A stretch of 64,000 nt of DNA, taken from Alphaproteobacteria bacterium (lineage in GTDB: Bacteria > Pseudomonadota > Alphaproteobacteria > MPNO01). The stretch is from positions 1,536,001 to 1,600,000 of the forward strand of contig CBDFLJ010000001.1 of assembly GCA_965248835.1 (NCBI GenBank), written 5' to 3'. The notes beneath the pieces were generated by a model, which made no database searches, was not told where the DNA came from, and saw only the letters and a list, made by a program, of their open reading frames with translations. A program made the translations under genes and the position numbers. Position 1 is the stretch's first letter. Each line of letters starts with the position of its first letter. Below, piece after piece: positions 48,369 through 58,267 of the stretch.

Positions 48369-49718
48369 ATGACCAGGGCGCGCGCGAGGACGGTCAGATT
48401 CGGCGGTTATCACCGCCGCCGCAGCACACGCGAAGACGCCGCGTTGACCCATGTCGGTCCGGGGACGCCGGGCGGGGAGTATTTGCGCCGGTTCTGGCAA
48501 CCGATTGCGCTTTCGTCCGAGCTCGGCGCGTTGCCGCTGGCGATCCGGATCCTGGGCGAGGATCTGGTGCTGTTCCGCGACGGCAGCCGGCGGATCGGGC
48601 TTTTGCACCTGCGCTGCAGCCACCGCAACACCTCGCTCGAATACGGCTTCATCCAGCAGCGCGGCATCCGCTGCTGCTATCACGGCTGGCACTATGACAT
48701 CGACGGCACGATCCTGGAGACCCCGGGCGAGCCGCCGCGCAGCCGGATCAAGGACAAGCTCGTGCACGGCGCCTATCCGACGCACGAATATTGCGGCCTG
48801 ATCTTCGCCTATATGGGACCGCCCGAAGAGCGGCCCGAATTCCCGATCTATGACAGCTTCGTCTACCCGGAGGGCAACCGCCTGCTGCCCTACAAGATCT
48901 ACAATCCGTGCAACTGGCTGCAGTCCCACGAGAACGGCGCGGATCCGATCCATACCTGCTTCCTGCACGCGCGCGGCAACGCGCTCCAGTTCTCCGAGCA
49001 GTACACGGCGCTGCCCGCGATCTCCTTCCACGAAACGCCGATCGGGCTGCTGTCGGTCGCGACAAGGCGCTGGGACGATTACCTGTGGATCCGCGCCTCC
49101 GACGTGATCCTGCCCAACGCCGCCCAGTTCGGCCTCGCCGAAGTCGCGACCGAGGAGAAGTTCGCGCTGTGCGCCTGGGTGTCGCGCTGGATCGTGCCGA
49201 TCGATGACACCAGCGCGTATGCTATCGGGCTGCGCCATTTCAACCCGGTGATCGATCCGCGCAATGTCGGGGACGCGGACGGCATCGGCCTCGGCAAGGT
49301 CGACTTCCCCGGCCAAGTGCCTGCCCCGGACCACGCCGAGGGCCAGCGCAACCCGGGCGACTTCGAGGCGCAGGTCGCGCAAGGGCCGATCACCATCCAC
49401 GCCAACGAGACCCGCGGGGTGACCGACGAGGGGGTGATCCTGTGCCGCCGCCAGATCCGCGCCGGCATCCGCGCGGTCGCCAAGGGCCGGGCGCTGTCCT
49501 GGCCGATGCCGACCGACGGTGCGCCGGTGCCGACCTACAACCTGGAGCTGGTGGAGCGCGTGCCGGCCCGGCCCGGGGTCGACGACGCCGAAACCGTGGA
49601 CCGGTTCGGCAGGCGGGTGGCGGAGATCGTCATCGAGTCCGGCCGCCTGCCGCCCGGCGCGCGCCATGAGGCCGCGAAGGCGCGGGTCGCGAAGCTGATC
49701 GCCGAAGAGTTCTCGTAA
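48369..49718 (+). CDS. Rieske oxygenase alpha subunit (phthalate 4,5-dioxygenase/LigX-like)
   Basis: LTHVGPGTPGGEYLRRFWQP, CSHR.TSL, CCYHGW, CNWLQ..EN..DP.H..FLH; GGAGGG RBS; start at ATG 48369. Confidence 0.9.
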   Translation: MTRARARTVRFGGYHRRRSTREDAALTHVGPGTPGGEYLRRFWQPIALSSELGALPLAIRILGEDLVLFRDGSRRIGLLHLRCSHRNTSLEYGFIQQRGIRCCYHGWHYDIDGTILETPGEPPRSRIKDKLVHGAYPTHEYCGLIFAYMGPPEERPEFPIYDSFVYPEGNRLLPYKIYNPCNWLQSHENGADPIHTCFLHARGNALQFSEQYTALPAISFHETPIGLLSVATRRWDDYLWIRASDVILPNAAQFGLAEVATEEKFALCAWVSRWIVPIDDTSAYAIGLRHFNPVIDPRNVGDADGIGLGKVDFPGQVPAPDHAEGQRNPGDFEAQVAQGPITIHANETRGVTDEGVILCRRQIRAGIRAVAKGRALSWPMPTDGAPVPTYNLELVERVPARPGVDDAETVDRFGRRVAEIVIESGRLPPGARHEAAKARVAKLIAEEFS

Positions 49719-49781
49719 GCGCGGTGGCTTGCGTCTTCGCCGCGCTCTGGCCGGCCCGATCCGATCGGAACGGGCCGGGCT

Positions 49782-51086
49782 TCAGGGTGCGAACAGGATC
49801 CCGGGCAGCCACAGCGCGAGTTGGGGGAACAGCAGAAGCGCGAAGATCAGGATTGCGTTGGCAACCAGGAATGGGGCGATCCCGCGGAAGACGACGCCGA
49901 GCGCGATGTCTGGGAGCTGGGCCCGGATGACGAAAATGTTGAGGCCGACCGGCGGGGTGATCAGCCCGACTTCGACGACGACGACCATCAGGATGCCGTA
50001 CCACACCGGATCGTAGCCCAGGGCTATCACGATCGGCAGGAAGACCGGCACGGTCACCAGGATGATCGCCACCGAGTCGAGCACGCAGCCGAGGATGATG
50101 TAGAAGATCAGGATGATCATGATCACCGCCCAGGGCGCGAGCTGGAACGTCTCGATGATCTCGACCAGGGCGACCGGCAGCCGGGTCTGGACGACGAAAT
50201 AGGCGAAGATCCAGGCGCCGACGATGATGAACATCAGCATCGCCGTCGTCCGCAGGGTCTCGCCGACCGCGGCGAAGAAGGACTGCACGCCGAGCTGGCC
50301 GGTGGCCGCGGCGATCACGATCGCGGCGAAAGAGGCGACGCCGGCGGCCTCGGTCGGGCTGAACCAGCCGGCATAGATGCCGCCGACCGCAAGCGCGAAC
50401 AACACCACCAGCTTCCACATCGCGGTGGCTGCGCGCAGCCGCTCCCGCATCTGCATGCGCGGCCCGGCCGGCGCCCATTCCGGGCGGACGATGGTGATGA
50501 CCCAGATGACCCCGACGAACAGGATCGCCAGGAGGACGCCCGGGATCATCCCGGCTGCGAACAGCTCCGGCACCGATTCCTCCGCCGCGAGCGCGTAGAT
50601 GACCATGATTATCGAGGGCGGAATCAGGATGCCGAGCGTGCCGCCGACCGCGACCGAGCCGGTCGCCAGGCGCTCGTCATAGCCGTGGCGGCGCATTTCC
50701 GGCACCGCGATCTGGGTAAAGGTCGCAGCCGTCGCGAGCGAGGACCCGCTGATCGCCGAGAACCCTGCGCAGGCGCCGATGGTCGCCATCGGCAGCGCAC
50801 CGCGTCGGCCGGCGAAGATCGCGTTGGCGGCGGTGAACAACTCCTGGGACATGCCGGAGCGGGTGGCGACGCTGCCCATCAGGATGAACAGCGGCAGCAC
50901 CGAGAACGCGTACTGGCTGAGTGAATAGGGCGTCTCGCCGAATACGATGAACGCCCGCTCCCAGCCGTCGATTGCCGCATAGCCGACAAGGCCGACCAGG
51001 CCCATTGCCGCGCCCAGCGGGATCCGCGCGAACGTTAGCAGGACCAGCGCGAGGATGCCGAGCGCGCCGATCGCCTGGGGCGTCAT
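49782..51086 (-). CDS. dctM: TRAP transporter large permease
   Basis: LPLFILMG, SGSSLATAA, GGTLGILIPPS, FSPTEAA, EVGLITPPVGLN; start at ATG 51086. Confidence 0.92.
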   Translation of the reverse strand: MTPQAIGALGILALVLLTFARIPLGAAMGLVGLVGYAAIDGWERAFIVFGETPYSLSQYAFSVLPLFILMGSVATRSGMSQELFTAANAIFAGRRGALPMATIGACAGFSAISGSSLATAATFTQIAVPEMRRHGYDERLATGSVAVGGTLGILIPPSIIMVIYALAAEESVPELFAAGMIPGVLLAILFVGVIWVITIVRPEWAPAGPRMQMRERLRAATAMWKLVVLFALAVGGIYAGWFSPTEAAGVASFAAIVIAAATGQLGVQSFFAAVGETLRTTAMLMFIIVGAWIFAYFVVQTRLPVALVEIIETFQLAPWAVIMIILIFYIILGCVLDSVAIILVTVPVFLPIVIALGYDPVWYGILMVVVVEVGLITPPVGLNIFVIRAQLPDIALGVVFRGIAPFLVANAILIFALLLFPQLALWLPGILFAP

Positions 51087-51568
51087 TCGGCCCGCTCCAT
51101 GGCACGCGCGACATCGCGGAAGAAGATGATGAGGACCGCCGCTACGGAGCACGCGAAGCCGGCGAGCACGAGGGAGCCCTTCCAGATCAGCGGCATCTGC
51201 AGATCGACCGTCACGTCGTTGAACTCGACGAACTCGAGCGCTGGTTCGACCATGTGGTAGGCGAGCAGGCCGACGAAAACCAGGGCGGTCAGCGTGCCGG
51301 TCGCCTTCAGCCATTCGACCGAGCGGGCCGGGACAAGCTGATCGATCAGCTCGATCGTGATGTGGCCGTCGCGCAGGAACACCTCGGGGATCGCCAGGAA
51401 CGCCACCGCGGCCAACAGCAGTTCGACGATCTCGTAGGTCCCGAAGATCGGCGCGTTGAGGCCCGCACGCAGCCCGACATCGACGACGTTAAGGGCCATC
51501 ATGGCAAGCAGGAACACGGCGGCGACGCGGCTCAACAGCCGCGCCGCCGCCAGAGCGATGGCGTGCAT
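51083..51568 (-). CDS. dctQ: TRAP transporter small permease
   Basis: Four TM segments; VVDV.LR...PI.G..EIVE, GHITIELI. Confidence 0.88.
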   Translation of the reverse strand: MHAIALAAARLLSRVAAVFLLAMMALNVVDVGLRAGLNAPIFGTYEIVELLLAAVAFLAIPEVFLRDGHITIELIDQLVPARSVEWLKATGTLTALVFVGLLAYHMVEPALEFVEFNDVTVDLQMPLIWKGSLVLAGFACSVAAVLIIFFRDVARAMERAE

Positions 51569-51586
51569 TGCCTGCCTGGGCCGGCG

Positions 51587-52627
51587 TTACTCGCCGGCGT
51601 ACTTGGCCGAAAGCGCGGTCAACTCGCCATAGACCGCGCGCGCCGGCAGGCCCTTCTTCTCCAGCCCGGTGATCCGCTCGTCCATGACCTTCTTGGCCAG
51701 CGCCCGCATCTGGCTATCGGCCGTGCCGGAAAGCGCCACGCGGCGGATTTTCAGGCTGTTCATGTATTTCGAGAACGGCGGCGGGTCGGCGCCCCAGGCG
51801 AGCTCGGCCATGCGCACGGCGGCCGCCTTGGTTGCGAATGCATCGACCAGCTTCTTCAGGTCGCCGGGTAGCCGATCATAGGCCTTCGGGTTCATCACCA
51901 AGCCGAAGCTGATCACCGAGACGAACATCGGCGTGTAATGGCTGACCAGGCTGCCGAGCTTGAAGGCAAAGATGCCCATCGGGTCGGTGACCACGCCGTC
52001 GATGGTGCCCTTCTGCAGTGATTCGGCCATATGAGTCGCGGGCATGCCGATCGGCAACGCGCCAAGCGCCTTCATCATCACCACGTCGGTCGGCGTTGGC
52101 ACGCGGTAGCGGCGGCCCTTGAGGTCGGCGAGACTCTTGATCGGGACTTCCGAATCATAGACGCCCGAGGGGCGGTTGAAGACCACCCACATCGCCATGG
52201 TCCCCTTGTGCTCGGCGCGCAGGTACTTGTCCATCAGATCCGCGGTCGCCTTGGCCGCCACACGGGCGCCCTTGGCGCCGTCCGGGAACAGATAGGGCGC
52301 GTGCGTCAGCTCGGTCAGCGGGAAGCGCCCGGGGGTCACGCCGTGCTGGAAAAACGACATATCGGAGACGCCCTTGCGGGTGAGGTCGTAATGCCGCGGC
52401 ATCGGTCCCATGGACGAGCCGTAGAACATCTCGATCTTGAGCCGTCCGCCGGAGTCCTTGGCGACCTGCGCCTTGACCTCCTCGAACCACCGCGAGGCGG
52501 TCGAGAACTTGGGTGCGAAGGTGGCCACCTTCAAAGTGTAGGTCTTCTGCGCGCCCGCCGCGCCGGCGCCCAGCGCCACCGCGGCCGCGCTGCCTATTGC
52601 GGCCAGCAGCCTCAGGGTTCCATGCAT
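51587..52627 (-). CDS. dctP: TRAP transporter substrate-binding protein
   Basis: Signal peptide; SGGRLKIE, TPGRFP, DLKGRRYRVP, SLQKGTIDG, LVMNPKAYDRLP; GGAGG RBS; start at ATG 52627. Confidence 0.9.
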   Translation of the reverse strand: MHGTLRLLAAIGSAAAVALGAGAAGAQKTYTLKVATFAPKFSTASRWFEEVKAQVAKDSGGRLKIEMFYGSSMGPMPRHYDLTRKGVSDMSFFQHGVTPGRFPLTELTHAPYLFPDGAKGARVAAKATADLMDKYLRAEHKGTMAMWVVFNRPSGVYDSEVPIKSLADLKGRRYRVPTPTDVVMMKALGALPIGMPATHMAESLQKGTIDGVVTDPMGIFAFKLGSLVSHYTPMFVSVISFGLVMNPKAYDRLPGDLKKLVDAFATKAAAVRMAELAWGADPPPFSKYMNSLKIRRVALSGTADSQMRALAKKVMDERITGLEKKGLPARAVYGELTALSAKYAGE

Positions 52628-52748
52628 CCTTACCTCCCTTGCCCGGCCGGGCCGGCCGGATCGCGTGTTGCTTGACGCACCGATGGTGACCGGAATCCGG
52701 TCCCGACGCAACGCCCGGCACGCGGCAAGGCGCTGCATCCGGAGCGGC

Positions 52749-53504
52749 TCAGTGCATCGCGGAGCCGCCGTCGACGACCATGGTCTGGCCGGTGACGAAG
52801 TCGCTGTCCGAGGACGAGAAGAAGATCAGCGCGCCGATCAAGTCCTCGGGCACCTCCTCGCGCTTGATTGCCCGGCTGGCGGTGTTGCCCGCCTGGATGC
52901 GCGTCCACTGCTCGTCGGCCAGCACCTTCTCGCTCATCGTCAGCCCCGGTGCGATGGCATTGACGTTGATGCCGTCATCGCCGACCTCGCGCGCGAGCGC
53001 CCGGGTGAAAGCGACCATGGCGCCCTTGGAGCTGACATAGTGCAGCAGCATCGGCGTGCCCTTGAACACCGTGCCCGAGGCAATGTTTATGATCTTGCCG
53101 TAGCCGTTCTTCTTCATCTCCGGCACCGCCGCCTTGACGCAGCTGAACACTCCGCGGGTGTTGATCCGCATCACCCGGTCCCATTCGTCTTCGTCGATCT
53201 CCAGGAACGAGCGCTGCTTCAGATCGGCGAAGAGCGCCGCGTTGGTCACCATGACGTCGAGCTTGCCGTAGGCCTCGACCGCCTGGGCGACCATCGCCCT
53301 GGTCTCGTCCGGTCTGGTGACGTCGCAGTGGTTGCCGATCGCCTCGCCGCCGGCCTGCTTGATGATGTTGACCGTGTTCTCGGTGTCGAGGATGTCGCTG
53401 ACCACGACCTTGGCGCCTTCGGCGGCCAGCGCCTTGCAATAGGCGACGCCGATGCCGCGTCCGCCGCCGGTGACGATCGCAACCCGGCCATCCAGTCTGC
53501 CCAT
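52749..53504 (-). CDS. Short-chain dehydrogenase/reductase
   Basis: TGGGRGIG, NAA, IINIAS, YVSSKG, VNAIAPG, FVTGQ..VVDGG; start at ATG 53504. Confidence 0.92.
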   Translation of the reverse strand: MGRLDGRVAIVTGGGRGIGVAYCKALAAEGAKVVVSDILDTENTVNIIKQAGGEAIGNHCDVTRPDETRAMVAQAVEAYGKLDVMVTNAALFADLKQRSFLEIDEDEWDRVMRINTRGVFSCVKAAVPEMKKNGYGKIINIASGTVFKGTPMLLHYVSSKGAMVAFTRALAREVGDDGINVNAIAPGLTMSEKVLADEQWTRIQAGNTASRAIKREEVPEDLIGALIFFSSSDSDFVTGQTMVVDGGSAMH

Positions 53505-53682
53505 CTTGTCTCTCCCTGGTTCGTTCGGGGCCCGCATCGCCGCGGCACGCCTTGAGCCCGCAGTCATATTCCCCGCTGCGGTGCGAGTCCATATGCCGGG
53601 CCGCTTCTTGACGGGACCCGGCGGATCGGGCGAGTCTCGCCGCGACACGGATACAGCGAACCACTGCTTGGGAGGGCGCGCC

Positions 53683-54651
53683 ATGTCGGCTCGAACCGAA
53701 ACGCTTCCGGTCATCGATATCGGCGGGCTGTCCTCGGCCCGTCTCGAAGATCGCCGCACGGTGGCCCGCGAGATCCGGGCGGCCTGCATCGACAGCGGCT
53801 TTTTCTATGTCGTGAACCACGGCGTGCCGCCGCACAGCGTTGCCGAGACCTTCGCCCGGTCCCAGCAGTTCTTCAGCCAGCCGCTGGCGACGAAGACGCG
53901 AGTCGGGATCGCGCACTCGCCGGTCTCGCGCGGATACGAACCGATCGGGGCGCAGACCCTCGACCTCGCCGCCGCGCCGGACCAGAAGGAGAGCTTCTAT
54001 ATCGGCATCGAGCGCGGGCCGAAGGACCCGCTGGCGGCGGCGGGCACGCCCAACCACGGCCCGAACCAGTGGCCGGACGGCCTGCCGGGCTGGCGCGAAT
54101 CGATGGAGGCCTATTTCGCCCGGTTGGGCGCGCTGGCCGATCTGCTCTCACGCGGCCTTGCGTTGTCGCTCGACATGCCGGAGCATCACTTCGTACCGCT
54201 CGCCGACAACCCGATGTCCATCCTGCGCCTGTTGCACTACCCTCCGCACCCGGTCGATGCCGGCGCGGATCTGTTCGGCTGCGGCACCCATACCGACTGG
54301 GGCTGCCTGACGATCCTTGCCCAGCAGGACGCCGAAGGTCTGGAACTGCGCACCGCCTCGGGCGCGTGGGTCCTTGCCCGGCCGATCGAGGGCACCTTCG
54401 TGGTCAACCTCGGCGACATGATGGCGCGTTGGACCAACGGGCTCTACCAGTCGACGCCCCACCGTGTGATCAACACCTCGGGCCGCGAGCGCTACTCGAT
54501 CGCCTTCTTCCACGACGTCAACTACCACGCGCTGGTTGAATGCCTGCCGACCTGCCAGGGCCCGGACAACCCCGCCAGGTCCCCCCCGATCCTCGCCGGC
54601 GAGCATATCCATCAGATGTATCTCAGGACCTACGCGCAGCAGGCCACCTGA
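53683..54651 (+). CDS. Isopenicillin N synthase-like 2OG-Fe(II) oxygenase (DIOX_N)
   Basis: LPVIDI, GFFYVVNHGV, GPNQWP, LRLLHYP, HTDWG, STPHRV, RYS; GGAGGG RBS. Confidence 0.9.
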   Translation: MSARTETLPVIDIGGLSSARLEDRRTVAREIRAACIDSGFFYVVNHGVPPHSVAETFARSQQFFSQPLATKTRVGIAHSPVSRGYEPIGAQTLDLAAAPDQKESFYIGIERGPKDPLAAAGTPNHGPNQWPDGLPGWRESMEAYFARLGALADLLSRGLALSLDMPEHHFVPLADNPMSILRLLHYPPHPVDAGADLFGCGTHTDWGCLTILAQQDAEGLELRTASGAWVLARPIEGTFVVNLGDMMARWTNGLYQSTPHRVINTSGRERYSIAFFHDVNYHALVECLPTCQGPDNPARSPPILAGEHIHQMYLRTYAQQAT

Positions 54652-54655
54652 AAGG

Positions 54656-55285
54656 TCAAGAGTCGGCCGTTTCCTCGGCGTGCGGCACCCGGTCGAGATG
54701 GGCGAGCCAGTGGCCCGGCAATCCATGGCTCCTTGCGCCCTCGCGGATCAGGGTGATGTAGCGTAGAGACGGCCTGCCGTCCCGCGCATTGCCGCGTGCG
54801 ATGTAGGCGAACGCCTCGATGGGTTCACCGGTGTCATCCTCGGCCCTCAGCAGCACCGGTCTGTAGTTCCTGCCGGGCACGCCCTCGCTCGCGTTGAGCC
54901 GGACGAGGTCGCGCCGCGGGATGCGATAGAGCACCCCCCACACCTCGGCGTCCGGTTCGGGGCAGATGTTCGCCGGCGCCGCCCTGCCGCGCGGCCAGCC
55001 GTCCAGATTGAACCGCAGCCGGTAGCCCGCGATGCGGCCGGTGCGGGTCTCGCTGGGCCGCATGCCGCGCCGGTCGCGAAAGGCGCTCGGGTGCATGTTG
55101 GAGCCATAGGCGAAATACCACACCGCATCGTCCGGCCCACCTTCGAGCCGCAGGCCCCAGGTGCGGTACCACAATCGGGTGATCGGCCAGACGGTCATAA
55201 GAATCGGCAACAGGCACCGTCGCAGGGTCCATCTCAGCCGGGCCAGATTCGACCGCCGCAAAGGCTCAGAGCGTGTCCGGAACAT
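54656..55285 (-). CDS. Gamma-glutamylcyclotransferase (AIG2-like) family protein
   Basis: WYFAYGSNM, EVWGVLY, LNASEG, PSLRY...IREGA..HGLP. Confidence 0.8.
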   Translation of the reverse strand: MFRTRSEPLRRSNLARLRWTLRRCLLPILMTVWPITRLWYRTWGLRLEGGPDDAVWYFAYGSNMHPSAFRDRRGMRPSETRTGRIAGYRLRFNLDGWPRGRAAPANICPEPDAEVWGVLYRIPRRDLVRLNASEGVPGRNYRPVLLRAEDDTGEPIEAFAYIARGNARDGRPSLRYITLIREGARSHGLPGHWLAHLDRVPHAEETADS

Positions 55286-55288
55286 GCT

Positions 55289-56158
55289 CTATTCCGCGAA
55301 ACCGTATAGCCGCGCGGGGTTGTCGACGACGATCCGGCGCAGCAGACCCGGGTCCGGCGCGTAGCGCGGCAGCATGTCGACCAGATCGCCGTCGTTTGGC
55401 ATCGGTCCCGCGATGTTGGGATGCGGCCAGTCGGTGCCCCACAGCACCCGGTCCGGCGCCGCCTCGATCACCGCCTGGGCGAAGGGCACCACGTCCTCAT
55501 AGGGCGGGCCGGCGGCGGACAGACGCTCGGCGCAGGAGATCTTGACCCAGAAATCGCCCTCCGCCAGGAACTGCAGCAGCCGCCGGAAGGACGCCTGTCC
55601 GAGGCCCTCGGCCACCTTCACCCGGGCCAGGTGGTCGATCACGACCGGCAGGCCGAGCCTTTCGATCTCTGCGGCGTTCTCGACCACGTCGACCGCTTCG
55701 AGATAGAGCACGAGGTGCCAGCCCAGCGGCCTTATCCGGTCGGCGAGCGCGCGCACGCGGGTGAAGTCCGGCGGTCCGCTCAGGTGGCGCGCGAAACTCA
55801 TTCGCACCCCGCGGACGCCGCCCCGGTGCAGCGCCTCGTAGTCCCGGTCGGTGAAGCGTTCATCGACCATCGCTACCCCGCGATACCGCTCCGGCGCGGC
55901 GGCGATCGCATCGAGCATCGCCCTGTTGTCGGTGCCGTGACAGGTCGCCTGGACGATCACCGCGCGATCGAGCCCCAGCACGTCGTGCAGCCCGGCCAGA
56001 TCGGCGAACGGCGCATCGGGCGGGGTGTAGGACCGGCCGGAATGATAAGGGTAGCGCGCCGCCGGCCCGAAGACGTGGCAATGGGCATCGCACGCGCCCC
56101 AGGGCAGCGTGGTCGCGGGCCTTCTGGTGTCGCGGACGGGTGGCTGACAGGTCTTCAT
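55289..56158 (-). CDS. Amidohydrolase_2 family (2-pyrone-4,6-dicarboxylate lactonase LigI-like)
   Basis: GACDAHCHVFGP, YTPPDA, VIVQA.CHG.DN, VIDH, WVK.S..ER.S, LWGTDWPHPN. Confidence 0.85.
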   Translation of the reverse strand: MKTCQPPVRDTRRPATTLPWGACDAHCHVFGPAARYPYHSGRSYTPPDAPFADLAGLHDVLGLDRAVIVQATCHGTDNRAMLDAIAAAPERYRGVAMVDERFTDRDYEALHRGGVRGVRMSFARHLSGPPDFTRVRALADRIRPLGWHLVLYLEAVDVVENAAEIERLGLPVVIDHLARVKVAEGLGQASFRRLLQFLAEGDFWVKISCAERLSAAGPPYEDVVPFAQAVIEAAPDRVLWGTDWPHPNIAGPMPNDGDLVDMLPRYAPDPGLLRRIVVDNPARLYGFAE

Positions 56159-56296
56159 GGCGCGGCTTCCGTACCGTCAAGGGCACTCGCTGCGAAGGTA
56201 ACGCAATCGGCCTTGGCGAAAAATCCATCCACGCGCCCCGGCCCGCTCGGCGCTATCATGGCACCGATCCGAAGATCCTCGGGACGGACCCGGCCG

Positions 56297-57316
56297 ATGC
56301 CGATTCTGCGTTACGCGTGCGCCGGTCTGGCCTTGCTAGCCGCGATGCCGTGCGGCGCAGCGCAGGCGAATGAGAACCAAGAGATCCGTATCGTTTCGGG
56401 TCGGGTGGGGACGCCGTGGCACGCCTTCGCGGTGAGCCTGGCCAGGCTGCTCCAGAAGGAACTGCCCGGGTCGTCGGTGTCGGTCATCCGCCGGGGCAGC
56501 GCGATTTGGAATCCGATCTTCGTCAATGCGCGCCGCGCCGATTTCGGCCTGTCCAACGTGGCCAGCGCGAACTGGGCCTATCATGGCGACAAGACCGCCT
56601 ATAACGGGCGGAAGTACAACGGTATCCGCGCGGTGATGGGTGGGATGAGGCCAGTCTGGCTCACCGCGATGCTGCGCGAGGACTATATCCGGCGGACCGG
56701 GTTCTTCACGCTCGACGAGGCGTTGACCGCCGAGCGCGGCGGGCCGCGGATCGTCATGGAGCCGGCCGCCAGCACGGTACCGGTCATCGTCGACAAGATC
56801 CTGGCGGCGATGGGCTCCAGCAGGCTGTTGCTGCGCGAACGCGGCGGCGACATCGTCCAGGTGGGTGCCAGGCAAATCCCCTCGATGATGCGCGACAACC
56901 GAGCGGATCTCTATTTCGAGGCGACCGTGTCCGACCACCCCGTCGTGCTTGAGACCGCACACACCGGCGATGTCCGGTTCGTCGACCTGCCCGAAGCGTC
57001 GCTGACCGCGTTGGAGAGGTCGGGGCTTGCCGCAAGGAAGCTGCCCCGCTGGTTCGAGGGCCAGGACGGGCCGGTCAACGCGGTCGACCTGGGCACGATG
57101 ATCATCGTGCATCGCGATGTCGCCGACAAAATCGTCCATGCGATGGTCCGGACCCTGGTTGACCGGCGCGAGATCCTTGCCGGGAGCCATCAGGCGTTCC
57201 GCGACTACGACCCCCGCGGCAAATGGTCGGTCAAGCGGGCCCGGGTGCCGTTGCACCCCGGTGCGGCGCGGTTCTACCGCGAACGCGGCTGGATGAAGCG
57301 CCGTGGCCGACGATAG
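56297..57316 (+). CDS. TAXI family TRAP solute-binding protein
   Basis: Signal peptide; SG.VGTPW, G...N...V....ADFG, VPLHPGAARFYRERG C-terminal motif; start at ATG 56297. Confidence 0.82.
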   Translation: MPILRYACAGLALLAAMPCGAAQANENQEIRIVSGRVGTPWHAFAVSLARLLQKELPGSSVSVIRRGSAIWNPIFVNARRADFGLSNVASANWAYHGDKTAYNGRKYNGIRAVMGGMRPVWLTAMLREDYIRRTGFFTLDEALTAERGGPRIVMEPAASTVPVIVDKILAAMGSSRLLLRERGGDIVQVGARQIPSMMRDNRADLYFEATVSDHPVVLETAHTGDVRFVDLPEASLTALERSGLAARKLPRWFEGQDGPVNAVDLGTMIIVHRDVADKIVHAMVRTLVDRREILAGSHQAFRDYDPRGKWSVKRARVPLHPGAARFYRERGWMKRRGRR

Positions 57317-57385
57317 ATGGCGTTGACCCGTTTCGCGGGCCGCAATATCGTTCCCCTCGCCTCCCTCCGATCGGCAGACCCCGCG

Positions 57386-58183
57386 ATGGCCGACACCGCC
57401 GACCGCCCGACGGATCCGAACGGGCCGTTGATCGAACTCGCCGGCCTCGGCAAGCGCTTCGACGGTGAGCGCGCCCTGGACGGTGTCAGCCTTGATGTCG
57501 ATCACGGCGAATCGGTGGTTATCATCGGGCCGTCGGGCAGCGGCAAGACGGTCCTGCTCAAGACCGTTATCGGGCTGGTGGAGCCCGACGAAGGCAGCGT
57601 GCGCATCGCCGGGACCGAGACCGTCGGGCTGTCCGCCCGCGCCCGCGATGCGCTCGCCGGCCGGATCGGCATGCTGTTCCAGCAGTCGGCGCTGTTCGAC
57701 AGTCTGCGGGTCTGGGAGAACGTCGCCTTCAGGCCGCTGAACGAGGGCACGCTGAACCGCAGGCGCAGCCGTGATTTCGCGGTGCGCAGGATCGAGGCGG
57801 TCGGGCTGTCGGCCGATACCGCCGACCTCTATCCGGTCGAGCTGTCCGGCGGCATGCGCAAGCGCGCGGCGCTCGCCCGGGCCATCGCCAACGATCCGCA
57901 GATTCTGCTGCTCGACGAGCCGACAGCCGGGCTGGATCCGATCATGTCCAACGTGATCAACGACCTGATCTTGGAGATCATTGCCGACCTCGGCGCGACG
58001 GTGCTGTCGGTCACCAGCGACATGGCCGGCGCGCGGCGCATCGCCGACCGGGTCGCGATGATGTTCGAGGGCCGGATGATCTGGCAGGGCCCCGGCGCGG
58101 CGCTGGACGGGTGCGAGAACGCCCACGTCGACCAGTTCGTCCACAGCCGGGCCCAAGGCCCGATCCAGATGGTGCTCGACTGA
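57386..58183 (+). CDS. ABC ATP-binding protein, MlaF/Ttg2A-like
   Basis: GPSGSGKT, GMLFQ..ALFDSL.VWENVAF, ELSGGMRKR, DEPTAGLDPI, VDQFV...GPI; alternative start at 57317. Confidence 0.85.
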   Translation: MADTADRPTDPNGPLIELAGLGKRFDGERALDGVSLDVDHGESVVIIGPSGSGKTVLLKTVIGLVEPDEGSVRIAGTETVGLSARARDALAGRIGMLFQQSALFDSLRVWENVAFRPLNEGTLNRRRSRDFAVRRIEAVGLSADTADLYPVELSGGMRKRAALARAIANDPQILLLDEPTAGLDPIMSNVINDLILEIIADLGATVLSVTSDMAGARRIADRVAMMFEGRMIWQGPGAALDGCENAHVDQFVHSRAQGPIQMVLD

Positions 58184-58267
58184 CGCTGCCGTCCCTGCCG
58201 GTGCCTTGAGGCCGGTCGGGGACAAGCCGACTTGACCGCGCGGCCTGCCTGCCTATCGTCCTCGGTC

